The position numbers and the translations under genes were made by a program. A stretch of DNA of 62,540 nt, filler included, from Chiloscyllium plagiosum (taxonomy: Eukaryota): assembly GCF_004010195.1 (NCBI RefSeq). It is 4 parts of one record of this genome, joined end to end, with 100 filler letters (N's around TTAATTAATTAA, not from the genome) between each part and the next. Parts side by side here need not be neighbours in the genome. Positions count along the whole stretch, not along the records: positions 32,550 to 55,944 come from NC_057717.1; 3 more parts are not named here. One strand, given 5' to 3'. This document shows positions 36,779 through 50,300 of this stretch, piece by piece; position 1 is the first letter of the stretch; each line of letters begins with the position of its first letter. Under the pieces are notes generated by a model, which ran no database searches, was not told the DNA's origin, and saw only the letters and a list, made by a program, of their open reading frames with translations.

Positions 36779-37149
36779 AATGCGAGCTACAGTGCAGCCT
36801 GAGCTGCAGCAGTGAGGTTCAGAAGCTTATTGTCAGTGGGTCAGAGATATGCTTGGATGGCATGGTGGGACAGGCATGAGAAAGATGCCAGAATTTGTGG
36901 GTATGGAGTGCATGCAGCTTCTCTCTGTGCAGCGTTCGTCGAGGCAGAAGGTCGCAGGAGTGAGAGGCGGGATGGACTCACCAGTTCCCAGCTCTGATTT
37001 CCATGGCGAATTCTCCATATTGCGTTTCCCCACAGTGGGAGGGACAATATTAAGCTGCAAATTGCTCAAGGGGAATCCACAGTACTGGGACTGTTGATCA
37101 TTAGTAATCATTCAGTCAGCATCTCACCACTACCTTGCTGCAAACTTTT

Positions 37150-39000
37150 CTGAAAGAACAGTCCAGCACAGGAACAGTCCCTTCGACCAACGAAGCCTGC
37201 ACTGATACTTGATTCCTTTCTAAAGTTATAAAAAGTTGTATATCATTCTATTCTCTGCTTTCTTATGTATATGTCACGATATTATCATGGCTCTTGTGTC
37301 TTCTTTTACAGCTTCATCTTTCAGCGCATTTCAGGTACTTTCACATTCTCTCTGGAACAGAGAAAAAATGTTCACTTATCTGCTTTAAACTTTCCCCCTA
37401 TTACCATAAACTTATGCTCCCCAGTAATTAATTTTTCTGCCCTGCTGAAAAAAATAGCTCCGTCAATCTATTCTATCCAGGCCTCTCATAATTTTGTAAA
37501 CCTCTAACAGGTAGCCCTTTAGCCACAGATGTCCAATTGTAAATTAACCAGGTTTGTTCAATTTCTCCTAACGGCTAATATCCTCCAAACCAGACAACGC
37601 CCTGGTAAACGATTTTCCAACCCTGTTCAATACCTCCAGTCCTCTACACAATATTCCAAATGTATCCGAAGAAAAGTTATATCCAGCTGCAACATGACAT
37701 GCCAATATTTATATTCACTGCTCTGATTGATGTATACAAGAATGCATTAGGCCTTCTTGACTGCACTGATCACCTGTTTTGCCACTTTCAGGGAACTCTT
37801 GACCCGTATGCACAATCCCCTTCGGATTTTGAGCTACTTAGAGTTCTTCCATTTATTGTACAATTCACTCCTGCAGCAGACTTTTTGAAAGGCATCAACT
37901 CGCAATTGCCCAGATACATTACATCTGCTTTTTTCTCCATCCATGTCTCCAGCCGACGTATATCCTACTGTACCCTCTGCCAATCATCCTCACACTCTAC
38001 AATTCCCAAAATCTATTCACACATCTCCAGTCAGAAAGAAAAACACCCTTCCACCACGACTCTGTCTTCTATGACCAAAATGTTTTCTCTCCATCTTACT
38101 CACAGACCGTGGGTCCCATTTGACTTCAACTTCTGTATGAGCCTGCCATAAGGAACCATATCAAAGGCCTTATTAAGCTCCCTATGGCCAAGATCCAGTC
38201 CCATGCCCTCATCAATCACCTTTGGCACTTTCTTAAAATATTCAATCAAATTTTTGAGACATGACCTTCCCCACACAAAACTTTTGCTTTTCGTGAAGAA
38301 GTGCCACATCTAAGAATCTCCAATAATTTCCCTACAAATGACGGAATGCTCACCGAGTTGAAATTTCTTCGATTATCCATGTTGTCCTTCTTCAACCAAG
38401 GATCACCATTAACTACTCCCCAGTCTCTCAATAATCTCTCCTGTGACTAAAGAGCACCGGGAGAGTGTGCACAAGGCCTCCGCTATTTACTCCATCGCTT
38501 CCCTCAGTATTCGGGGATTGATTCCATCATATCCTGGAGACTTGTCTTCCTTATTGCTTTTCAAAAAAACAACACGTCTTCTATTTTTCAATATCGAAAT
38601 GCTCTGCAACATGGACATAGCTCTCGAGAGACTCATCATCCACCATGTCCTTCTCCGTTGTGAATAACAATAGAAAGTAATATCAAGGACTTCACCCACT
38701 TCCTCCAACTCCACGCATTAGCACCCTCAATTGTCCTTGAGTGGGCCTACTCTTTCCCAGGCCTCTCTCTTAATCCTGATAAACCAGTTTGGGGTTTTCC
38801 TTAATCCTGTTTCCTAAAGAATTTTCATCGTGCTTTATAGCCTTATTAACTCTTACTTTACGTTTTTTCCTGTCGGTTATCATGATATTCGAGGCCTCTG
38901 ACCGTCTCCAATTTAAACTCTTAGATGTACTTCCTTTTTTTGACCAAGCTCTCAACTTCTGTTGTCATCAAAGGTTCCTATATCTTGCCATATTTAACAC
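37150..39000 (-). mobile_element. Decayed CR1 LINE 3' part (paralogous copy at ~47680-49545)
   Basis: Minus ORFs contain DKSPGYDGINPRILRE, GRSCLKNLIEYF, NKAFDMVP and HLEYCV. A 3' UTR lies near 37150-37200. Confidence 0.88.
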
Positions 39001-39669
39001 TCTGTCTCCATCACCAGATTTCATATCCCAAAATGCAGTAACAACAGGAAGGGCTTATCAGACAATTCTTCCAGATTCATCACAACAGCCCACATAGTTG
39101 AGGTCCGTTTCGGCTTTAATTGAAACTCAGGACCATAATTCAATCCTTCTACAGCTATGTGGTTTCTATTGTTTGCCTCTTATATTCCTTATTTTACTTT
39201 TAATTCTCTGTTTTGAAAATAAATCTGCTAAAGATTGCTTGGATTGTCTTGCCAGCATCATTTCACATACACTGTTTGCTTTCAAATTTCGTTTTGGAAG
39301 TTATCCCGCTGCGGTTCACACTCCTTTCTATAGTACCGATTTTCCACTGTCTGATATAAGCTTTCCTGTTCTGTCTGCGTGTTACTAGATTTAAAGGAAG
39401 CTCTGGATTTAGCAGCCTGACCCTTTTTACCTTGTCAGTGCACATTTTCTTGGAATTACTTTAAACTCCCCTCAGATTACCGGCCACTTCTCTGATTCTT
39501 ATTTATCTTCTCATTATCTTGTCTTGTTCACTTGAATGAAATCACTTCTCAGCTTAATAAGGATCGACTGAGTCATATCTAAACTCCAACTCTTAGACTA
39601 GCTTTGACCTTTACAAAGGTTATGTTAGAATCAAATGAATTATGATCAATGTTCCCTAAATACATTTTC

Positions 39670-41720
39670 CTTTCAGATGACAGTAGTAATGAATGTGCAT
39701 GGTGCTGTCCAAGGAGTGCCATGGTACTCACACCTGCTACTGAGTGTTGATGCTGGAGGGAGGGTGTGATTGTGGATGGGGACCATTCAAATCGGTTGCT
39801 TCGCCATTAATCGAGTACTTGCTGGAGCTGCACTCATTCAGACAAATGGAGATATTCCATCATATTTGTCAGTTGAAACTTGGTGATAATGGACAGGCTT
39901 TGGTCTGACAGGAGAAAACTTACAAGCTACAGGATTCCTATGTTCTGATTTGATGTTCTAACCAGAGCAGCTCTATAGTCTTGGAGAAACCTGAGAATGT
40001 TGGTGCCAATGGATTCATGTAATGTTACCAATCTTGTGAATGGTATACATTATTACTATTGAGCGTCAGTGGTGGAGGGGATGGATGGTCGTTGAAGTGA
40101 TAGCAATTCAATGAGCTGGCTTTGTCCTGGGTTATTCCTGGGATGTAATCCATCCCAGGCTTTGGCGAATTAGCAGGTGATTTAATCATTGCAGAATTCA
40201 TTACCACTTACCTGCTCTTGAATACAGTGTTATTTATGTGGCCAGTCCAGGGCAATGTCTGGTCAATGATAGCATCCAATATGTGCTAATGAACATAGTA
40301 TTAGGGACTCAGTGATGGGAATGCTGTCGAAAATCAAACAAGGATGGTTTGATACTTTGTCTTAATTATCCATTATTTTTGTGTCATGAACATTACTCGC
40401 CATTTGTCAGACTAAACATGGATGTTTTCCAGGTCTTATTGCATTTCATCAGGGACAGTTTAAGGAATGGTATAATCAGTGAGCTTTCCCACGTCTAACC
40501 TTATGATGGAGAGAGGGTTATTGCAGCAGCTGGAAATGGTTGAACCTCGGATACTCTCTTTCCTTAGGAGTGGCTGCAGAGCTGCCCTGGAGTTCCAATT
40601 ACTGACAATGATAGAAAACTTTGTTGTTGCTGGTGATAATTCCAAACAGGAGAGTACTTCCCCAGATTCGGATTAAGTATAATTTTACTCGGGCTCCTAT
40701 TGTCACACACTGTTAAATGGTGCCTTACTGTTAAGAGTAATTACTCTCACTGCCCCGTTGGAGTTCCATTCTTTTGAAGCGAACTTCCAATGGGGTCAGG
40801 AGCTGAGTGAGCCTGACAGGACACTAACTGAATGACACTGAGCAGTTTATTGCTGATTGATCACTATACTGTTGACATCTCATTTCACATTTCCATGGTA
40901 GACCATACGCCAATAGGACAGGGACTAGCTGCAGTGCAAGAGCCCGTCCTTTTGTTAACAGGATACATTTGGGCAATTTGTTACATTGTTGATAGAGATC
41001 AGCGTTCTTGCTGGAATGCAACAGCTGGGCGAGAGATGTGGCAATCTCTGGAGACAATTAACGTTTCCAGTGACTCCAGCCATTTCTTGACGTTGTGTGC
41101 TGCATTGTCTGAAAGTTGGGGTCTGTGATGCTGGGGCCGATTGAGGGTGGCTGAAATGGATCATCCTCTCCACCCTTCTGGCTGAAATTGTTACAAACGC
41201 AGCAGCTTTATTTTTTTCCCCTGATGTGCTACCGTGCCCCACAAATGGGGATTTCATTGTTGGAGAACAGCCTCCTCCTCCAAAGGTGTATTTCATTGTC
41301 AGTCTTTTACAATTACTTGTGACTGGACCACAGAGATAGATCTGAACCATTGATTGTGGGATCATTGTGCTCTATCCATAACCTGCCGAAGAGCAATGTA
41401 GCAGCAATAGAATCAAACATCAATGCTGAACACTATACTGACTATATGCCAAGGAGCTTCCCCCCGGCTTGGCTGTGTCCTATTAATGCGATGGAACCTA
41501 TCAGAGAGGGTGGTGATGTTGACTGGGACATGGTCCTGTTCACAGAATCCTGCTTTACAGCCAACGCCAGCTTTGACATAGGGTCAGTTAGACTCGAAAC
41601 GTCAGCTCTTTTCTCTCCTTACAGATGCTGCCAGACCTGCTGAGATTTTCCAGCATTTTCTCTTTTGGTTTCAGATTCCAACGTCTGACTGTTGCCTGAT
41701 TAGTCTGTGGGAAACCTACA
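39670..41720 (-). mobile_element. Decayed L2-type LINE fragments (partly duplicated at ~50525-52110)
   Basis: Reverse-complement similarity to the L2 element at 10690-11886 and to typical L2 ORF2 segments. Heavily degraded. Confidence 0.55.
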
Positions 41721-42939
41721 AAAGTTCACTTTTAAATATTGTATAATTTTACAATCACTTTAATATCACTTTATTTCTTGCATATATTTGAGTAAACGAA
41801 ACATAATTGTTTTTCAGTTTAAAACAATTGACGTGAAAAAAGAAGTTTCCAGATTGCACAACGAACTATGAGGCAATTCATTGACTGTAGAAAACGGCTA
41901 ATTCATGTTCGTTTCAGTGCACACACCATCTTGCAGGCAGCAAAGCTGTTGAAATAATTTTGAAAAAAAAAAGTCTGAATTCAGACACAGTGTTACTGAA
42001 CATCACTACGACCTACAAAACACTGACCATCTCCTAAACCTGTCCAGAGAGCTTTCAGACTGGACCTGCACAGTTAATCGCACAATTCCTCACAACAGTC
42101 CAGTTCGGGACATGCCTGAACAACAGGAAAATGTGTGAGACAGAACGTTGAATGGACTAGCACATGGCGCTGATCCAAACGCAGTTCAACATTTGTAGAA
42201 AATAAACACTTGTAAACAAGCATATCTTGCAAGTCTATCTCTTAGGGTGTGCCACCGAAACACTGTCATTCTGCAACTTGGACCCGGTCCTGAATGAAGG
42301 TGTTATAAAGGTAATGAACTCCTGCAGTCACATGTTGTCTTACATCTAATCCCTCATAAACCATATCCTGTGTATGTCAACTTCATATCGCCAGAATCCA
42401 AACAGAATTGTGTAGGTCCATTGATGGCCAGCATCATCCCAGCCTAACGTCTTTGTGTGTGTCTTGAGCTGGAAGTTTCTACGTAAGTGTTTACAGCATT
42501 GTTCTCACTATTAACAGCAAAATCTCTTCACTGAAAATGCAACATGCTTGGAAAATACCAACATTTTGATTGTTCAATAAACACAAACTCCACCCATTTA
42601 TTCAGTTCACATTTATAACAGCAATATGATTTAAAAAGGGTACAAATCCCAGTAAGGAGCGTTGAAATGATGAGTCTCATTACCACATCCAAGAGCAAAT
42701 TATTATAAAGTTCAAGGACATGAAAGTATACAACTAATTTCCCTAGTAATAATATTGTGTACGAATAGTCGACTCTCCTGCTCCTCAGATGCTGCCTGAC
42801 CGGTGTGCTATTTTTCAGCACTGCACTTTATGGCTCTGATCTCCAACATCTGCACTCCTTACTTCTTCCCTGCTCATATTCGCACATACTCATTTTTATG
42901 GTGACAATGTTACTCTGTTTCTAAACATGTTACAGTCAG

Positions 42940-43160
42940 ATACGAGTATATTTTGAATTGCTTCTGTGGATCTCACAGCTCAGCAATGTCAGCGTCGGGG
43001 TGAAGCTAGGTATGTTGGCCGTGCTTCTGAGAAACTGACTGAAAGTTTCAAACAGCATATCCCTTCAACTGTTCACAACAAGCAAGGTGCACACTGGATC
43101 CAACCAACCTGCGCTCACAAAACCCAAAACACAGTGTCCAGCATTGGGCATGTTTGTACA
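42940..43160 (+). mobile_element. Penelope-like GIY-YIG endonuclease fragment (copy at ~52630-52850)
   Basis: ORF 42966-43232 reads QCQRRGEARYVGRASEKLTESFKQH, matching the PLE CxC...YVGxTxxxLxxRxKQH pattern. Confidence 0.65.
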
Positions 43161-43169
43161 ATACATCTC

Positions 43170-44145
43170 ATGCTAATTTATTCATGGAATGTGATTGGCC
43201 CATGTTTATTGTACAACCCTTGTTGCCCTTGAGAAGGTGGCGGTGAGCTGCCACATTGAACCACTGCAGTCCATGTGCTATTGGCAGACTTACAATGTCA
43301 TTAGGGAGGGACATTCAAACAGGGGCACTGACGAAACAGCAATAGACTTCCCAATCAGGTTGCTCAGTAGATTGGAAGGGAAAGTGAACATGTTGGTAGT
43401 CCAATGCATCTATTGCTCTTCTCCTTCTTGATGGTCGTGGTTTCAGAGGAACTTTGTGAGGAGGCTCCGTAAATTTTTGCAGAGCATCGTGTATATGGCA
43501 GGCATTGCTGCTGCTGAGTGTCAGAGGATGAGGAATGAAGCTGCTCTCATGCAGGCGAATGGGGTTTTTTTTTGTCGCACACATATTCAACGTGTGTCTT
43601 ATAGATGGTGGACAGGCTTTCCAAAACCATGAGGTAAGTTTTGTCTGAAGGATTCCTAGTCCCTGACATATTATTGCAGCCAATGAATTTATATGAGTCA
43701 GAAAGTGCAACACTGGTAAAGGACAACAGGTCAGGCAGCATCCGAGGTACAGGAGAGTGGACGTTTTTGCATCATTCCTTCACGGGAATGGGTAATGAAT
43801 TTATACGGTCAGTCCAGTACTGGTTAACGGTAATCCCGGGATATTGGTAGTAGGGCATTCAGTGATGTTGGTAGCATTGAACTTTAGATTATATGGTTCA
43901 ATTCTGTATTGTTTGAGGTGATCGTTGTCTGGCATGTGCGTAATGGAAATGTTACTTGTCATTTATTCGCGCACACTGTATACTTCACAGGTCCTGTTGT
44001 ATTTGAATAATAACTGCTTCAGTGTTTGATTAAGTCACGAATGTTATTGAACATTGTCCAATCATTGGTGAACACCCCCACTTGTGCCTTTACGGTGGAG
44101 GGATGGTCATTTATGAAGCAGTTGAAGATTGTTGGGCTGATGACT
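43170..44145 (-). mobile_element. L2-type LINE 3' fragment (copy at ~52860-53835)
   Basis: Minus ORFs read LSTIYKTHV and GLGILQ, paralleling ORF 11227-11634. The 3' UTR matches the reverse complement of 11640-11800. Confidence 0.75.
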
Positions 44146-44284
44146 GAGAACGCTCCTATATCTCACTGATTGTGTCCATCCCTCTGATCGAGGAAGCGTA
44201 CTTCCAGTTCTACCTGTTCTAGTGTTGTGTAGCAAAATATCTCAAAGGATTAATATTACAATGTATACACTAAGGAGCTGAGTG

Positions 44285-44510
44285 ATGACTTGGTTCCCTC
44301 ACACAGTTGTGTGGTTAAATTGTAATGTAGATTAATACCAACAGTGTGGGTTCAGTTCCTGCACTGACGGAGGTGACTGTAAAGGGCTGTCCTTCTCAAC
44401 TGCTCCCTTGCTAAGGCATGATGATTGCCTAGTTAAACTAGTACCATTCGCCTCTGTCCAACGAGAGAACACCCTATCATTCCGTCGGAGTATGATGCCT
44501 TTCCTTTCCA
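44285..44510 (+). mobile_element. Probable old SINE (copy at ~53975-54200)
   Basis: B-box-like GGGTTCAGTTCC and a short simple-repeat end (CCTTTCCTTTCC). The family is not confidently identified. Confidence 0.4.
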
Positions 44511-45121
44511 TTTCTGATCAACAGGCTTAGATCACCTTAGAAACACCTCCCCTGTAGACATCACACAAAATGAATCGTGTTAGCTGAAAGCTGCCGTCAG
44601 GAGGAGTCTAAATATATCATCCCATCGACACTTCTGTCTGAACATTATTTTGGATGTTCCATCCTTATCTTTTCTAATGATTTGCTGGGCTCTTCCCTCA
44701 TTGACAAAGGTGATATTTCTAGATTCTCCACCTCCAGTAAGATGTTTGATTATGCAAAACCATTCACCGAGACTGCATTTGATAAGAATGCAGAGATTAG
44801 GTCTGATTCGTTGGTTATAATTTCACTTAGATCTATCCGTCACTTTAAGCTGACGCTATTTGGTGGCTAAGTGGTTCTCTTTGGTAACTTCACCTCATTT
44901 TGAGGTATACCTGGTATACCTCTTGGCAGGCCCTCCTATATTCTCCATCGAACCTGACTTGATGGTCAGGTTAAAGTGAAGCCAATGCCAAGTAGTAATC
45001 GTGAAAATTGTACTGGAGTCCAACTCTGCTGCTGTTCGTAATGACCTGAATCACCTCACACAGTGGAGATCTGATTTACTCGATACATTCGAAATCTCTT
45101 TTGTTTAGCACAGCTATCTGT

Positions 45122-45200
45122 CACAAACACAGACACACAGACACGCACAGACGCACACACACAGACACGCACAGACACACACACACACACAAACGCACAG
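45122..45200. repeat. (CA)n/(CAGA) compound microsatellite (longer allele at ~54811-54920)
   Basis: Visible directly in the sequence. Confidence 0.95.
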
Positions 45201-46104
45201 AAAGAAGGGTATTCCCGATGTAAAATATCATTCGTGGTTGTTTCTGTAGCCAATTTGGTCATCGATCAACGTGTCTGCAGGCAGTAGAATGGTGAGGATG
45301 GGGTTAAATATGCTTCTCCCTCTCAATCGTTCCCACCCCATCCGGTGCAGCCCCAGTCCAGCAGCTATGTCCTTTTGGACCCGACCATCTCGATCAGCAA
45401 TGCTGGTGCTGAGCACCTCTTGGTGGTGGTTTTGGAAAGGCCCTGTAGCCAATTTGGTCATCGATCAACGTGTCTGCAGGCAGTAGAATGGTGAGGATGG
45501 GGTTAAATATGCTTCTCCCTCTCAATCGTTCCCACCCCATCCGGTGCAGCCCCATCTCGATCAGCAATGCTGGTGCTGAGCACCTCTTGGCGGTGGTTTT
45601 GGAAAGGCCCACCCAGTATTCATTGTCTTGCTTTGTCACTGTCTGAGTGCTTCCATCAAGTGTTGTTCAATGTTGAGGGAAACTGATCCATAAGCTTAGT
45701 GAGGAGATTCGGCAGGAGTTGCCCGTGTCAGTGCTTAATCTGACACCATGAGGTTGAGGGAGGGTAGTCTGCAGGAGGTTTCCATGTTAATATTTGAACT
45801 GACACAAGTAGGCTTCATTATGTTACCTTGTTGCTTGAGCAGTCTGAAGGACAGCACCCCTAATTTTGACATTAACCCCTTGCTGTCAGGAAAGAGGTGT
45901 ATTGCACGGTCCACAGAGTTTTTCATTTTTGTCGCTGTCAACTAAAGGGCCTCTCCTGTTTTGTACAGTACGGACTCTATAGCTGTTGGGATAGGACACG
46001 ACGTCTTCTCACTCCTTCAGTTAGTTCCATTACCTTGTATAGTCCACAGATTTCTGCATTTTTCTCTGTTAATTAATTAAATAATACCGTTCAAAACTGT
46101 CCAC

Positions 46105-46845
46105 GTAATCTCTGAAACTTCCCTGTCATCTCCTCCAGCTGCTCCATCCTTCCCTAACTCTGGAACCCATTGTATCTCCACAATCTTTATCATCCTACCT
46201 ACGACTGTTAATTCCTGCAGAATCTTTACTACTCCCTATCTCTGTGATTTCCTCGAGTCCCCACACCCTCCCTATCTCTCAAACTTTCTCCAAACACTAC
46301 ACCACTCCTTATGTCTGTAACCTCCTCCAGCTACGAAATCCCTCCCGAAATCTGTCACCTCCTTCAGCTAATACATCCCTCCTCTTGCTGTAATCTCCTC
46401 CAGCTGCGACACCCTGCTACCTCTGTAACTTACTTCAGCAAAACATCCCTCCCTATCTCTGTAACCTCCTCCAGCACCAACACACCTCTATGTCTCTGCA
46501 AACACCTACAGCTCCTACACCCCTCCTTATCTCTGTAACCTCCTCCAGCCCCTGCATCCCTCCCTTTCTCTGTAACCTCCTACAGCCACTACACACCTCC
46601 CTACCTCTGCAACCTCCTACAGCCACTACACCCCTCCTTATCTCTGTAACTTCCTCCAACCACTGCTTCCCTCCCTTTCTTTGTAACATCATCCAGCCCT
46701 TACAGCCCGTGCCTATCTCTGTGACGTCGTCCATCTACGAGGCCCCGCACAATTTATACAATCTCCTCTAGCCCCTACAACCTTCTCTTTTGCTGTGCCT
46801 CTCCTAAATACTACACCCTGCTGATCTTTCTATCCTCCACCAGCC
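46105..46845. repeat. ~37-bp C/T-rich satellite (CCCTCCCTATCTCTGTAACCTCCTCCAGCCCCTACAA-like)
   Basis: TCTCTGTAACCTCCTCCAGC recurs with ~37-bp period (e.g. units at 46521 and 46558). The paralog is at 55655-55944. Confidence 0.9.
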
Positions 46846-47345
46846 NNNNNNNNNNNNNNNNNNNNNNNNNNNNNNNNNNNNNNNNNNNNNNNNNNNNNNN
46901 NNNNNNNNNNNNNNNNNNNNNNNNNNNNNNNNNNNNNNNNNNNNNNNNNNNNNNNNNNNNNNNNNNNNNNNNNNNNNNNNNNNNNNNNNNNNNNNNNNNN
47001 NNNNNNNNNNNNNNNNNNNNNNNNNNNNNNNNNNNNNNNNNNNNNNNNNNNNNNNNNNNNNNNNNNNNNNNNNNNNNNNNNNNNNNNNNNNNNNNNNNNN
47101 NNNNNNNNNNNNNNNNNNNNNNNNNNNNNNNNNNNNNNNNNNNNNNNNNNNNNNNNNNNNNNNNNNNNNNNNNNNNNNNNNNNNNNNNNNNNNNNNNNNN
47201 NNNNNNNNNNNNNNNNNNNNNNNNNNNNNNNNNNNNNNNNNNNNNNNNNNNNNNNNNNNNNNNNNNNNNNNNNNNNNNNNNNNNNNNNNNNNNNNNNNNN
47301 NNNNNNNNNNNNNNNNNNNNNNNNNNNNNNNNNNNNNNNNNNNNN
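46846..47345. other. Assembly gap (500 N)
   Basis: Run of N separating the two duplication copies. Confidence 1.
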
Positions 47346-50300
47346 GTTCAGAAGCTTATTGTCAGTGGGTCAGAGATATGCAGGGATGGCATGGTGAGAA
47401 AGGCATGTGAAAGATGCCAGAATTTGTGGGTATGGAGTGCATGCAGCTTCTCTCTCTGCAGCGTTCGTCGAGGGAGAAGGTCGCAGGAGCGAGAGGCGGG
47501 ATGGACTCACCAGTTCCCAGCTCTGATTTCCATGGCGAATTCTCCATATTGCGTTTCCCCACAGTGGGAGGGACAATATTAAGCTGCAAATTGCTCAAGG
47601 GGAATCCACAGTACTGGGACTGTTGATCATTAGTAATCATTCAGTCAGCATCTCACCACTACCTTGCTACAAACTTTTCTGAAAGAACAGTCCAGCACAG
47701 GAACAGTCCCTTCGGCCAACGAAGCCTGCACTGATACTTGAATCCTTTCTAAAGTTATAATAAGTTGTATATCATTCTATTCTCTGCTTTCTTATGTATA
47801 TGTCAAGATATTATCATGGCTCTTGTGTCTTCTTTTACAGCCTCATCTTTCAGCGCATGTCAGGTACTTTCACATTCTCTCTGGAACAGAGAAAAAAAAT
47901 GTTCACTTACCTGCTTTAAACTTTCCCCCTATTACCATAAACTTATGCTCCCCAGTAATTAATTTTTCTGCCCTGCGAAAAAAATAGCTCCGTCGATCTA
48001 TTCTATCCAGGCCTCTCATAATTTTGTAAACCTCTGACAGGTAGCCCTTTAGCCACAGATGTCCAATTGAAAATTAACCAAGTTTGTTCAATTTCTCCTT
48101 ACGGCTAATATCCTCCAAACCAGACAACGCCCTGGTAAACGATTTTCCAACCCTGTTCAATACCTCGAGTCCTCTACACAATATTCCAAATGTATCCGAA
48201 GAAAAGTTATACCCAGCTGCAACATGACATGCCAATATTTATATTCACTGCTCTGATTGATGTACACAAGAATGCATGAGGCCTTCTTGACTGCACTGAT
48301 CACCTGTTTTGCCACTTTCAGGGAACTCTTGACCCGTATGCACAATCCCCTTCGGATTTTGAGGCTACTTAGAGTTCTTCCATTTATTGTATAATTCACT
48401 CCTGCAGCAGACCTTTTGACAGGCATCAACTCGCAATTGCCCTGATAAATTACACCTGCTTTTTTCTCCATCCATGTCTCCAGCCGACGTATATCCTACT
48501 GTACCCTCTGCCAATCATCCTCACACTCTACAATTCACAAAATCTATTCACACATCTCCAGTCAGAAAGCAAAAAACACCCTTCCACCACTACTCTGTCT
48601 TCTATGACCAAAATGTTTACTCTCCATCTTACTCACAGACCGTGGGTCCTATTTGACTTCAACGTCTGTATGAGCCTGCCATAAGGAACCATATCAAAGG
48701 CCTTATTAAGCTCCCTATGGCCAACATCCCGTCCCATGCCTTCATCAATCACCTTTGGCACTTTCTTATAATATTCAATCTAATTTTTGAGACATGACCT
48801 TCCCCACACAAAACCATATTGCTTTTCGTGAATAAGTGCCACATCTAAGAATCTCCAATAATTTCCCTACAAATGACGGAATGCTCACCGAGTTGACATT
48901 TCTTAGATTATCCATGTTGTCCTTCTTCAACCAAGGATCACCATTAACTACTCCCCAGTTTCTCAAGAATCTCTCCTGTGACTAAAGAGCACCGGAAGAG
49001 TGTGCACAAGGCCTCCACTATTTACTGCATCGCTTCCCTCAGTATTCGGGGATTGATTCCATCATATCCTGGAGACTTGTCTTCCTTATTGCTATTCAAA
49101 AAAACAACACGTCTTCTATTTTTCAATATCGAAATGCTCTGCAATATGGACATAGCTCTCGAGAGACTCATTATCCACCATGTCCTTCTCCTTTGTGAAT
49201 AACAATAGAAAGTATTATTAAAGACTGCACCCACTTCCTCCAACTCCACGCATTAGCACCCTCAATTGCCCTTGAGTGGGCCTACTCTTTCCCAGGCCTC
49301 TCTCTTAATCCTAATAAACCAGTTTGGGGTTTTCCTTAATCCTGTTTCCTAAAGAATTTTCATCGTGCTTTATAGCCCTATTAACTCTTACTTTACGTTT
49401 TTTCCTATCGGTTATCATGATATTGGAGACCTCTGACAGTCTCCAATTTACACTTTTAGATGTACTTCCTTTTTTTGACCAAGCTCTTATCTTCTGTTGT
49501 CATCAAAGGTTCCCATATCTTGCCATCTTTAACACTCTGTCTCCATGACCAGATTTCATATCCCTAAATGCAGTAACAACAGGAAGGGCTTATCAGACAA
49601 TTCTTCCAGATTCATCACAACAGCCCACATAGTTGAGGTCCGTTTAGGCTTTAATTGAAACTCAGGACCATAATTTAGGATGGCACGGTGGCACAGTGGT
49701 TAGCACTGCTGCCTCACACCGCCAGAGACCCGGGTTCAATTCCCGCCTCAGGCCACTGACTGTGTGGAGTTTGCACGTTCTCCCCGTGTCTGCGTGGGTT
49801 TCCTCCGGGTGCTCCGGTTTCCTCCCACAGTCCAAAGATGTGCAGGTCAGGTGAATGGGCCATGCTAAATTGCCCGTAGTGTTAGGTAAGGGGTAAATGT
49901 AGGGGTATGGGTGAATTACGCTTCGGCGGGTCGGTGTGGACTTGTTGTGCCGAAGAGCCTGTTTCCACACTGTAATGTAATCTAATCTAATTCAATCATT
50001 CTACGGCTATGTGGTTTCTATTGTTTCCCTCTTATATTCCTTACTTTACTTTTAATTCTTTGTTTTGAAAATAAATCGGCTAAAGATTGCTTGGATTGTC
50101 TTGCCAGCATCATTTCACATACACTGTTTGCTTTCAAATTTCGTTTTGGATGTTATCCCGCTGCGGTTCACACTCCTTTCTATAGTACTGATTTTCCACT
50201 GTCTGATATAAGCTTTCCTGTTCTGTGTGCGTGTTACTAGATGTCAAGGAAGCTCTGGATTTAGCAGCCTGACCCTTTTTACCTTGTCAGTGCACATTTT

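Larger units (their letters stand above)
36817..46393 (+). repeat. Segmental duplication, copy A
   Basis: Colinear with 47346-55944 from GTTCAGAAGCTTATTGTCAGTGGG to CCTCTTGCTGTAA. Paired ORFs recur (e.g. 36833-37111 with 47362-47640, and 45735-45941 with 55286-55492). Confidence 0.97.

Noticed and set aside
46034..46066. Possible 32-bp minus-strand micro-exon (AACAG|...AAG|GTAAT)
   Set aside because: Splice-like dinucleotides alone are insufficient and no partner exons were identified.
46069..46080. TTAATTAATTAA identical to the linker core (also 55620-55631)
   Set aside because: Not flanked by N and present in both duplication copies, so it is natural AT-rich sequence.
46311..46771. Mucin-like S/T/P-rich ORFs
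   Set aside because: Translations of the 37-bp satellite, whose unit length is not a multiple of three.
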